From: Octopus vulgaris
Taxonomy: Eukaryota
Length of the DNA stretch: 64,000 bases
NCBI GenBank assembly: GCA_951406725.2
Contig: OX597815.1
Coordinates: 107,012,001-107,076,000 of the forward strand
Direction: 5' to 3'
The notes beneath the pieces were generated by a model, which was not told where the DNA came from, made no database searches, and saw only the letters and a list, made by a program, of their open reading frames with translations. Positions 51,701 to 64,000 of the stretch are shown here, in pieces (the stretch's first letter is position 1; every line of letters starts with the position of its first letter). A program made the position numbers and the translations under genes.

Positions 51701-54700
51701 TGTCTAATCTTATCAAATGAATGAAAGAGTTCAAATAATAATTTTGAAAATATTAAACTTCTTAAACTGATAGTAACATTGTGGGTTTATAGCAACAGCT
51801 CTCTTATTACATGTTTTATATTTGAACATTGGCAACATTTTTTTTTTTGTTTTTTGTTTTTTATGAAAGGAGAAAAGTATAGGCTTTTGGTAGCAATTAA
51901 AAAAATCTGACTGTCTTACTTTTAATTTGAGCATAATTTTTAAAACTAGAAGGCTTACGACAGATTTTGTTTCTTTTTATTTAATTTTAAATTTTGAGTA
52001 TTTATATATCTACAGTAAAAGTTATTTGCATTGTTTGAATGATAAATTTAATTTATTGAATGAAAATAAACAAACCAGAATTAAGTTTGATTTGAAAGAA
52101 GTTGTAATATAGTTTGGCAATAACTACAATAAGTAGATCTTGATGTCTTTTAAATTTTTTTCATAGACTTTTTTGTTGTTTTTAATGCTCTGAACAGAAA
52201 AAAAATTAAACCAGCAAGTATTATTGGTTCATCAGCTGAGATCCTTACTAGCTTCTGAGCTGAATAAATGGATAAACAGAGCAAAGTTCTTATTCCACAA
52301 CCAAACTGTGTGGAAGAGAAAGTGGGCAGTGACTGAAATTTCAACATTTAAGAATTGTCATTTGATAGTGGAATGATGGCAGGATTTAGAATTTTTCCTA
52401 AATAAACATGATTCAATTTAATTCAATTTCAGATAGGCTTATATAGAATATCAATGTTAAAGCAATGGAAATTAAACAGAAAAATGAATTTTATTATTCT
52501 AACACTATATATTAACCGTCCATTGCCACTATTATGACTGATGCTCCAGAGGAGTCTTTTGATGTATCTTACCAACTTCACACACCTGTAATGAAACCAC
52601 TGATATTCATACATTGTATATTAATATACTGAGAAGTAATTTTGTATTTTTTAACAGCTTTCATTCATATTATAATTGGGAGCAGTTTAAAAGATTGGGA
52701 TATAAAGACTAGAACATTTTTGTAATTCTTCCCTCATGAAGATCAGAACAGCTGCAGGCCCAGCCCTTCCCTAACAAATACAAGAGAAAAAAAAAAAAAA
52801 AAAAGGAAAAGGCAGGAAAGAAGACACAATTTTCTATTTATCAATTAGAGAGTAAGAAAATAGAAATTAAAAATGTTTCAACAATATTTTTAACACATAA
52901 ATTTCGTATTTCAAAAGGTTAACTCTACAGAAAATTAAAGAAAAAACAAAACAAAAAACATACAACCAAGATGATAGCCTAACTGGATGATATAGTAAAA
53001 GAGGGCTATACAGTTAGAGGTAAAAGCAATATAATGAGATCAGCAATGAAATGTAACTTCACAACTGCTAGGCACAAGAGAGCTGCTGACTAATTTTCAA
53101 GGCAAGGAATTTTAGATTTTTGTTTCCATTGTGTGTGTGTGTGTGTGTATGTGTGTTTGTGACCCTTTAAAACTCAAAACAATCGTAAAATATGAAAAAT
53201 AATGAGTTCCTATAACCAAAATATAATAAAGTAAAAAGAGGAAAAGATCTGTATAAGAAACCTTAGAGTAGCACCAATGCAAAGATATTCTTTATCAATA
53301 TTTAGGAATTTGTTGTTATTGTTAATCAAAATATTTTAAAAGACATACAGGCAGAATAAGAACATGAGGGGCCAGTTGACAAATTTTCTTTCTCCTTTAA
53401 CCAATGAAATACTCATAGAAGATAAAAGGATGGAATGGAAGAAAGAAATGAAGAGGATAGAAAAAAAAAAACAAGATAAAAAAGACATTGCAGTTACTGA
53501 CCAATAACTCAAAGGAATGATGTTTTAAAATGCATAAGGTTCAAAGTGAGGGACAATGATTTGTCCAAAATTTGGCTTTTTACTTTTTTTTTTTTAATTT
53601 TTAGAATATCATCCATAGGGCAATGATAAAGAAAAATAGATGAATTTAGAAAAGCTGTAGTTGTTAGCAGAATTAGTTACAGCCAATTGAAACAGAAGAA
53701 TAAAAATAATGAGATATGTATTACTGGAACTAAGACTTCCTATAAATGAAACATTTCGCTACAATTCAAAATGCCTCTTAGATATTTTTGAGTGGAAAAG
53801 AAAAAAAAAATTTTTTTTTGCTTTTTTAAAAATTATATATATATTTTTTTTATATCTAGAAAGTCCAGATTAAGCAGTTTAAATAATTTCAACTTTTTAA
53901 AAAGCATAGATTATCACAGTTTTACAATACACAAACGATAAATTCTTAGATTCTAGTTGTTAAGATATAAATGAGTTGCATATGGGTGAATCTATATGAA
54001 AATGAATATTACCAGTATTTAAGAAGTCAACATAATGAGGTGAATATGGAATCAGTCTCATGGTTTAGCAAAATTGGAAGCTTTTTAATTTACACTTTTT
54101 TTTTTGTCACATATTAAACAGTGCTTTCTCCAAACCTACTTCAATAACTTTTTTTTCAATTTTAAATACATTTCCTTATAATATTTTGGTTGGTTTGCTT
54201 CATTTTTGTCGATTCATATTTGATTGGCTGGCAGAAATTCATAAGACATCACAGAACATCAGTGAACCATTATGGACAGTTCAGATATTTGTCAAATTAA
54301 TCACATCACTAAATGGAATAAACACCTTTTCTTTCTTTTCATTTAAATAAAGTATCCTGGAATAACTTAAAACAGTAGTGTAATTTGTGTTTCCTTGAAA
54401 ATTGATAAACAATTCTATTGAAACTTAACTGGGCCTCCAAAATTTTGAGTAATGATACTAACATCTAACTTTAGAAAATTGTTTCTGCTATTTTACATTG
54501 AAAATACAAGATTAATTTTATGCTGCAATGAGATAATTAAGGACTTAAACAGCAGAGCAAGTACTAGGGAATGCATTTTCCCCGTAATATATAACTTAGA
54601 AAGAAACAAATGTTGAAAAATTCTTGGCAACAATTTAACTATACAGTATGCTTTGTTTATTGTACTTTTAATAGTTGTTGCTATGCTGTTTGTATGCGTG

Positions 54701-56375
54701 TGTGGATGTATGAGAGTATGGGTTTAATAAGGCCACTAAAGTAAAATGTCAGAAAGCCAGCAGTATGGTCATTGCGTAGTAAAATAAGACCTATTAAGTG
54801 AAGAGGCTTTGATGGTAAATTCCTCATAGGAATTAGATATTTAACAGAAAGCACCAGTCTATTGAAGGTATTTCAAACCTTTGTAATGTAAGAGGAAAGA
54901 CAAAAATAAAATCAAGAAATGAAAGTATATGAACAGATTAAGCTCAAAGCACACACTGAGTTATATTAGACTTAAAATTTGATTGAAAAAAAAAAAAAAA
55001 AAAAAAAAAAAAAGAAAAATAAACTTCTGAGCAGAAATTCTGAAAAGGAAATTTGCTTTCCTTTCCAAGATAGTAATCACCGAATGAAATGTATTTTACA
55101 ATGTACTTTTTTTTAGTGTTTTCTTTTTTTTTTTAAATAATGGTGAAATTTTACTTCACTGGGAAGATCTCAATTATTTTTCTATTTATAACAATAAAAA
55201 GATGTAAGAACACATAAAAGAGAAAACAAAACATATACCACAATAGCAATATTAGTACACGTGTATTAGTGTTTGAGGATCACTGGCTGCACCACTGACG
55301 GTGTATGTACTAAGTTAAAATAAATTGAAAAGTACAAACTAATGCAAGGAATATAAAATGACCACAATAAAAAAATTAAAAAAAAAAAAAAAAAAAATTA
55401 CAAACTTGAAAAAAACAAAATGTTCTAATTCCAGAAAACAGTCAGAAATGAGATACAGAATTTTCAAAAGCATATACACTAGTATTAAAAAGTAAATGAA
55501 TATTGATAGGAGAATAGTATTAACTAATGACAAATCTAAGTGTTTTAGTACTTAGAATGGATTAATTTCTTGAGAAAAACAGAATAGTTACTAATACAGT
55601 GAGATGAGAATCTTCTCTTGTTCATATGGTACTTGTACAAGCTATAGTTTAGCTGTCAGAAGCAGATGGTGGAAGTACTTGTTTTTAAATGCCCACCACT
55701 ATTAAAAACTTCTGGAAGGGATAAACCATATATACATATTATGTATATACAGATATATATATATATTTACACACACACACACATACATATATATATACAT
55801 ATATATATATGAGATGAAAAAGATGGATGGAGGTGTAAATACGATTGTTTAATATTTAGGTTTAACAGTTGACATTTTAAAGCTTGTATTCTGCCTTTAT
55901 AAAAATTTTCATATCTTCTATTTAGCCAGAAAAGAAAAACTTATTCAGAAGATTACCACATCTAAAAATTATATATACATAAAAGCAGAAAAAGTAAGGG
56001 ATGAAAATCACCAAACTGTAACAATCTATTACAACTGCTACGAAAGTGCTATATGACCTGAGGAAAAGCTGCCATTTCTAATACTGGAATGTGTCAAGTT
56101 AATATACACAAGTTCCTATGGCTACACAAAATACCTTATTATTTGATCCACAACCCAGAAAAAAAAAAAGAAAAAAAAGGAAGTGGGGAAACATTTACCA
56201 TCACTCACAAACAACAGATTTAAAAATTAATTGGAACTAATTCATAAAAGCTAAAATGCATACATATACTCAAGGTGGTTGTCTGTGTGTGTTTATATAT
56301 ACATATTTATGTCATAGTATATTGTAAACATTTCATTATATATCAATGTGTGTAACTAGGTGTGCATGTGTGTGC

Positions 56376-56408
<33 letters not shown>

Positions 56409-57726
56409 AACACACACATAATATATAAAGAAGTGCTCATGTCAATGACAGAGACAAGACATAAAAATATCTAAATAGGTTTGTACAAAACAAGCCACAA
56501 GAGGCAGCTTTGAGTTTTAGCAGTAGCTGTGGCAGTAATTATTATTGATATTGTGGTGATAAATCTGCCTCTCTAGCAGCAAGTCATAATTAAGCAGGTG
56601 CAAGATCTATTCAGTATATTTGGGGTACACAGACAGACACACTGACATTTTGCAACACACATACATGTAGATTATATTTCACAAACACATATACAAATGA
56701 CATACTTTTTTTTTTTATTAATTATAATAGGTTGTTATTGGGAAAGATACGACATACAACACACAGCCCGACTGGCAAGTTAACAAGGCCTTTTCACATT
56801 GATTGTCGTATAAAAAGAGATATAGAGGGAGAGAGAAAAGAAAGAGAAAGTAATGACTGCAAAGGGGGGGAAAATGGTAAAGAGAGAGAGGAATATTTCA
56901 ACAGACTCAGCAGTGTTATTTATGTTTTTATGAGTGTTTTGTGTATTGTTTTCATCAAGCTGCCACAAGCCATTTCGTAGCAGAAAAGGGTACTGCGTTG
57001 TTTAGTTGGTTTCAAATAGGTTTTTCATTTAAAATTTGCTTTTGTTAATCATAAAGATGATGATATAGTCATTATTTTAATAATAATAGTAATAATAATT
57101 ATTACTACTATCATTATAGCTAGTATGATAACAATAATAACATGGTTTAAATATATTTAAATTTTTCTTTTTACTTCTAAAAGAAAAGAAAAAAAAAATT
57201 TTTTTTCTTTTAAAATACAGTAATTTAAAAATTAATCAATTTGCAATGTTTTCCTTTCTACAGCTACTTGGTTCATTGTTTAAATTGTTAAAAGTTATAT
57301 AATCAAAATTACTCACTTTTAAATTACAAATCTATTTTAAGATGAAGTTTTTCAATGACTAACAATGAATGAAATTAATTTATTTAAAATATTTTGATGA
57401 TGAAGAGAATGACCATTTGTCCCTAATTTCTTTTTCTTTAATAATTTAAAAGTACTAAGATGCATGTATATATGCTATACATACATATACACACACATGT
57501 ATATACATATTTATATGTGTACATATATCTTATGCATACAAATATTCACACATATCTATGATTTATGGATTTGTTCAATCATCTTTTGTGTAAGTATAAA
57601 ATAGTCCAATAGACTCAAGTCAAGGCAGCAGCATAATTAGCTTACTCTGATAATGTATCTTCAAATGTTACACAAGGCCAAAAAGTTTGTCACAAATCAA
57701 AATTGAAATGCCACCTGTAAGTATGG

Positions 57727-57764
<38 letters not shown>

Positions 57765-60700
57765 TACATATACATACATGTGTGTGTGCATGCATGTGAG
57801 TGTATGTGTGTATTTATATATATATGTATACACATATACATATATACACACACACATGTATGTATTCAATCAACTGAAACCAAAAGTTTCCATAAACACT
57901 GTGGCTTGTTTCATCAACCAACCATTTTGATTCAAAATGACTGACTGATGAAACAAGGTATAATGTTTCTTGAAACTTCTAGTTTCAGCTGATCAAATTA
58001 AATTGACACTCTACTTCTGGTATTGAGTACTTTTTCTCCAGTTTGTTATTACTAGAATGTATTTTAATGCTTTTGGTTTTTCTTAAACTCCTTCCTTTTT
58101 TTATCTTATAACTGATCAAAACTGTTAGCTTGAATTATTTAGAAGTCAAGACTGCCTTTTTGTTTATTATTAATTTTAGGGAAGGTGGAGGTTGTTTTAA
58201 CTTTTTCCTTCTTTTTAAATTAAAGAAAATATCACAAAATGAAGGCTAGCAACAAATTTCACACCATTATTAAAAAAGAAAAGCAATTAAAAAATTTAAA
58301 TGTTCAAATAAAAATCAAATGAAAAAAAATAAATATTTATATATCAATTTTAGTTTTACTTCCCATCTTGTATTTTTGTTTTTAAACTCAATATATTTAA
58401 TATATTTTGAAGCCAAAAATTAAACAACCCCAAAATTATTAATTTAATTTTAAAAAATTGCTGAAAAGTAAATTGAAATGAAAGTGTTTTATTTAAAATT
58501 TTTTTTTTACTTGTTATCTTTTTAAGGGGAGGAATCCCTGTCTATGTAATTATGAAATGCAAATAATTTGTCAAAGTTAATACAATTTATATGTGCTTAA
58601 CTCTCATGCTTTGTTTCTTTAATTTGTTTGGTTTTATTCCTGTGCCTTTAGTCATTTACAGTTAAAAGGAATATTTCATCACATTGTTGCAAAATGAATA
58701 AATGATTTAACTCTCACATAATAACTTCTTGTTATTAATACAAACTACCATACACTTAAATTAAGAAAAGGAATAAGAGAACATGTAGATTCACTAAAAT
58801 AATCGTTGTAAGAAAAATAAGAATGACAAATGAAGATAAGAACAGAGTTTAGGTGGTTTATAGAAATTATGAATGGCAATGTGAATAGCATTACCAACCC
58901 CCTCTCCCTACAGAAAGACACCACATTTGATAATTTTTAAACATTGGTTTAAAAAGTTGAAAAAAAAATTTGATCAATACTGGCAAATTCACAGAGGAGA
59001 ATGTACAGAATAATATGTATGTGTATGTATGTATGTGCGTGTGTATAGATATAGATATACACACTCACAGACACAATGTATTTGTGTGTTTGCAGGTGTG
59101 TATGTATATATGCATACATATACATACACACAAACACATACATATACATATATCATGGAAGAGCTTACCTCAGAAAATACTAACAGCATTTTCAGCTTTT
59201 TTAAAAATCTGTAAACAATCCTCATGTTTGCTTTTAGAAAGTTTTGGATTAAGCAACTTGTTCAGTTCTATAATTTAGCAGCTGAAAAGAGGCAGATTGA
59301 TAATTAGAAATAATAATAATAATAATGATGATAATAATTTTTAAAAAATGCAGAGATCTGGTTAATTATTTACGAAATTTTCTTGTACCCTACCAAAGAT
59401 TTTGCACCCACATTCGATGCATATTTCAAACAGTTGAATTTAAATGTTACATTCTCTGGAATTCTCCTCAAGTGGAACAAATGCAGCTATTAGCAATAGC
59501 TAGGTCAGCAAATTTAGTTTGATGAGATTTTTTTTTTTTTTTTTATAATAGGATTTTTTTTTAATGCAAGTAGTCTTATATTGTGCATGATTTTAGATTT
59601 GTGTTTGTTTTCTTTCTTAGAAAATATACAATACTTAATGAACCATGATGTTAACTCACAACAACTTACAATTAGAAGCTCTAAGCAGTGATTTTTTACA
59701 AAAATATATTTAAAAATTACAGAAAAAAAAAATGTTTATTTATCTTAATTTTAATTACAAAAAATCTTTTTGCTCTCTAAATTAACTCATTTGTAGTATG
59801 AAAAAATGGTTATGCTTTGTGACAGAACACAAACCAATCGTACATTATTTTGGCACAGACAAAATATTTTTAGATTGTAGTCAAATTTCAGAAGGAAACA
59901 AAAAAAATAAAAAATAAATAATAATAATAATAAATAAATAAAAAATAAAGTAAAAAATAAGAAAAACATTTTCTCATTATCAGCTATTTTCTGTATCACC
60001 ACTCTAAAGACTGTCATTGCAAACATTCTAAACCAAAATAACTAGCTTCTAGTCTGTTGGTTTTAAATGTAACAATAATTTGGAATTGTTTGATATTTGG
60101 AAATTCTTCAAAGATATTTACTGTTTATTTAGTATGTGCTTAAAAAAAATGTAAATTGTTGATCAAGTTTCAACTCAATTAAAATTACTGTTAAAATTTT
60201 TTTTACCCTTTGGTAACATTTTAAAAGAGTGGAAAAAATAGATTACGACGAAAGGAAAAAAATATCTATGATGGCATATAATCTAAAAATATTTTTCACA
60301 AGAACATAAAAATTAAAAATTGGCCATATACTTTGTATATCAAGATTATTAATTAGTTTTCTCTCTTTTTTTGTTTGTTTTGAAGAAGCAATACTTGTTC
60401 TTTCAATCATACATACCTCCTTCTTTCAATCATACATGCTTTCCTTATTCTTTCAATTACACAATTCCTAGATCTTTCAGTCATACATAGTTGCTGTTTT
60501 CTATATTTTTCTTCTAATTTTTTTTTTTTTAGTTTTATTTTTACCCACCTTGGTTTTATTACATATGCATGAAGGTAAGAATCAACATCATCAGAGTAAG
60601 CATAAGCTCTACATCATTTCTATCATTCTCACTCATTCTTTCTAATCTTGTCATTTCTTCACTCAATAGGATTTGTGTCTATATACGGCTTTGAACAAGC

Positions 60701-61486
60701 ACCGCTTTCTGCTGCCAGCAGTTCCTAGCTGCTGTTGCTGCTGTAGGAACTAGTTATATCTCCATTGCATTGGACAATAAAACTAGGCATAACTTCAAAA
60801 GATTATCACATGACAAAATTTGACTATTTCTGGTCAACTTTAACTGTCACTTTTTTGGGGGAATGGGGGGTGGGAAAGTTTATATATATACATATACATA
60901 TATATATATACATATATATATAATATAATATAATATATATATATGTATATATGTATGTATATATATGTGTGTATATTTGTTTTTCTTCTGCTTCAAAAAC
61001 AGTTCATACAACAGCTGATTGCACCCGATTCATAATTTATAATATAATTAAATGACTTTTCAAATTAAATTTCATTCTCTATAATGCTGCATGGTTATCA
61101 GATCTTTTTTTTTGCTTTTTTTTTTTACAATGTTTTTTTTTCTTTTAATATATAGAAAGAAAAACAAAAACGAACAAAGTATGAATGAATATGTTGCCAT
61201 GAAAGCTACGAGATCTGGTTTCACAGAGGAGATTTAGTTGTTTCATTATTTTTGTTTTTAAAATAACAAGTGAAAGGACAAGGGGTTATGTTTATGTACG
61301 TGTAGCCATTTGGGTAGGAGTCAGATAAATAAGAAATAAAAACTAGAGATCACAGAGAGAGACACAGACAGAGACAAAGTGATAGAGAGACAAGACAAAT
61401 ATAGTACAATGAAGAAAGTGTGGTGTGAGTTGGATGGAGGAAAAATAAAAGAATAAAAATTTTCACAGGGTAGGGAGAAAAAAAAA

Positions 61487-61969
61487 TCACATAGATTCTC
61501 CCCCCAGAATATTGCCAAGTAAAGGAGCAGAACCATGGTCATCCATTGCAACTCCGCCCCAGAGGCTATTGTTCCACATAGTGTTCCCTGGAAAACCTCC
61601 AAATTGAACAGAAGCAGGCATGTTCCAGTGATTTTCGTTGCGGCTGCTGTAGTGTGGAGGTGCACCAGGTTGTGGTGGGGGTGGAGGCCGATAATCTGAT
61701 TGAGAGGACTGCGACCATTGACTAGTGGATGGGGGTGCTGCTGAAGTAGTTGAACTTTGCTCCACTAAGTGGTTAGCCTCACGTTCTGAAACAAATTCAG
61801 CTAATATGGTTGTGTTTCCAAGAACACAAGTATTCAAAGCCTTTTGAGCCTTCACTGCTTCATCTTTGGATGAATAACGTACAAGGGCTTGGCCATGGTT
61901 GAGGCTAAGGTAGAAAAATTGCAGAGGTCCATGTTGTTGGCACAGAGTTTTTAAAGTAGAGCCATCAAT
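61487..61969 (-). CDS. TNRC6: GW182/TNRC6 (gawky) terminal coding exon: RRM and C-terminal silencing region
   Basis: [59 protein letters not shown]...LWG...[11 protein letters not shown] is the characteristic GW182 RRM and C-terminal LGGESM. Acceptor ttttattattccAG ends at 61970, phase 0. Confidence 0.97.
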   Translation of the reverse strand: MDGSTLKTLCQQHGPLQFFYLSLNHGQALVRYSSKDEAVKAQKALNTCVLGNTTILAEFVSEREANHLVEQSSTTSAAPPSTSQWSQSSQSDYRPPPPPQPGAPPHYSSRNENHWNMPASVQFGGFPGNTMWNNSLWGGVAMDDHGSAPLLGNILGGESM

Positions 61970-62471
61970 CTGGAATAATAAAATAAACAAAAAAATAAAT
62001 ATTAATATAGTTGCAATATTTAATTAAAAAAAAAGAAAAGAAAATATTTTCTCTTGCAAAACTGTATCAGGCTAAAATAACATTTCACTGCAAATGAATA
62101 ACTGAATATACTAACTGGACGTTATATGACAGCCAATATTCTGTGCGTGTATGAATATACAGATACAATACCAATATTCCACTGAACTTTTTAATAATTC
62201 TTTCTGGAAACTATCTTTAACATTTTCTTGAGAATGTATATTGATGTTGGAATCTTTTGTGCCCAATATTTTCATGAACTTGTTAAACATTTTTATGTTC
62301 TTAACATGTCCTTGTTACCAAAGACTGTATATATGTATTGTAGCATTTTGTGACAACCAATAATTAACACAACCAAACTTTTACATGTTACTTTTGACAA
62401 TCTTTTTCTAAAGAGTGAAACCGGTAAAGTAAATAAACATCTTTTAAAATTGCATTTTCAAACCTTCTTTC

Positions 62472-62530
<59 letters not shown>

Positions 62531-63053
62531 CAATATTTTATAATGTTGCCAATGTTATCTTCCTTTATATTTTTATTAGAAAAAAATTTATGCTGATTTC
62601 AAACAGCACATATTTGTGTAAATTTCTAGAAGGAATTCCATTAACATAGCTAGTTCAATATTATAAGCTTCTGTAGGATTACCTTCAAACATAACATTGA
62701 GAGAAATTGAAGGCTCTAGACAGATTGCAATATAATAAAACTTTCTAATACATTTAATATTCATTTTTCATCAGGTTTCCAAAACCTGAAATGATTGGTT
62801 AGGTAAGTTAAACAACAAAACTTTATTAAAGTTTTCTCCATTTAACTTTAAGAGAATAATCTGCATATAGCTCAATATGAGAACATTCAGATGCTATCAA
62901 AAATACATACTTGAGATCAAACTCTAAAAATAAACTATCAAATTAGGATTTATACTTTGTAAGGATCATATTATTATTTAAATAAATTTTACTTCTACTT
63001 CATTTTGACAGTCTTATCATTGATAAATGTATAGAAATAAAAGAAAAACTGAC

Positions 63054-63115
63054 CTGGGGAGTGAGATTCCTGAGGACCAACCAGTTACTTACAACCCATG
63101 ATGCGGACGAGTTGA
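63054..63115 (-). CDS. TNRC6: GW182/TNRC6 penultimate coding exon (62 nt)
   Basis: ttcttttcAG|TC AAC...(NSSASWVVSNWLVLRNLTPQ)|GTcagt joins in frame to IDGSTL, giving the conserved WLVLRNLTPQIDGSTL. Not in the ORF track. The rest of the gene lies beyond the window. Confidence 0.95.
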
Positions 63116-63690
63116 CTGAAAAGAATAATTATAAGGAATAGTAAAAAGAGATCTTAAAATATAGGTTTAAAATGTTTTATAGCTACAATAGCTTTTGATA
63201 AACTATAAGAAACTACTTTTATGAAGAAAATGTTCTCAAATTTTTCTTTTCTTTGTGTGTGACATGCATAATGCAATGTTTAAAAAGAAAATAAACATGG
63301 ATACATATTAATTTTGAAATAATTCTCAAGAATTGTAATAAAATTCTTTAACTATTTGTAACTGAAACAGAAGTATTTAACCCTCTTTTTTTTTTATTAA
63401 CTATTCTGACAATTCAAATACTAAAGGGTCTAAAAAAGAGCCTTGCCTCTCACTGGATTAACATTCATAAATAGCACTCAAGTTTTTGATGAATACTATT
63501 AGAACAAGATTTATGCAATGCAGGACTAAGTAATTTTTACAGGAAATTTTATTCCACACCTTTTGATTTATACTGTTTTTAATATGACATCCCAAGATAT
63601 TAACTCAAAGCATTTCTGCCAAATGTTGAGTTTTAGAATTGAAAAATACACAAACACTCAAACATACAATGTAGGTATTGATATTGTAAG

Positions 63691-63743
63691 AATAGAAATA
63701 AGCTAAAATAGCAATAATAGAAATAAGCTAAAATAGCAATAAT
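63691..63743. repeat. 25-bp tandem duplication in an intron
   Basis: aatagaaataagctaaaatagcaat occurs twice. Confidence 0.85.
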
Positions 63744-64000
63744 TCATCAAAGAATAAAGAATACAGAGAACTAATTGACATGAAGGAAGACTACCATGAT
63801 TTTATATATGGATTTCGATGAGGTAAAAGTCTATTCTTTAACTGGCTCTAGTCACCGGACTGCATACATGTTACAGTAGTGCCTTCAAATGTTTTAGCTA
63901 ATATCAATAGTTAGATATATGTTTAGTTAACATCAGGTAATGACAATGACAAAAGTTAACTGAGCATAAAGGAAGGAATCAATACGAATCACTCTACTGC

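Larger units (their letters stand above)
32250..61486 (-). other. Putative very long 3' UTR or 3' extension of GW182/TNRC6
   Basis: No credible exons, very few TEs, CpG depletion and minus-strand U-rich skew between the stop codon and the poly(A) signal. Confidence 0.5.

Noticed and set aside
61321-61665. Overlapping 114-aa alternative-frame ORF
   Set aside because: Shadow frame of the GW182 exon running into low-complexity UTR.
61970-61990. N-terminal MFILLFQ of the tracked 167-aa ORF
   Set aside because: Intronic polypyrimidine tract; the true exon starts at 61969 after the AG acceptor.
1-64000. CRISPR arrays, rRNA, true tRNA genes, telomerase RNA template
   Set aside because: None seen. 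The tRNA-like stretches are SINE heads with bodies, tails or TSDs; the tandem repeats lack unique spacers.

Overview
AT-rich, microsatellite-dense animal genomic DNA; the SINE families and repeat style suggest a coleoid cephalopod such as Octopus (inference). The window has two compartments. (1) About 1-32 kb is a transposon graveyard: several Penelope-like elements (PLEs) inserted in (TA)n tracts and carrying hammerhead ribozymes, mariner elements, tRNA-derived SINEs, a non-autonomous Helitron, a Ty3/Gypsy gag remnant and R4/Dong, Tx1/L1 and CR1/L2 LINE fragments. (2) About 32.2-64 kb holds the last two coding exons (RRM and C-terminus) of a GW182/TNRC6 gene on the minus strand, followed by about 29 kb of TE-poor, CpG-depleted, U-rich sequence ending at a strong poly(A) signal. 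Highlights: two copies of an apparently non-circularly permuted (pseudoknotted) hammerhead ribozyme with a compensatory base-pair change; a candidate ~29 kb GW182 3' UTR with many conserved miRNA seed sites; and a Gypsy remnant with a self-priming-type PBS. Most ORFs in the supplied track are microsatellite or antisense artefacts. Everything was read by eye; no searches or folding programs were run.
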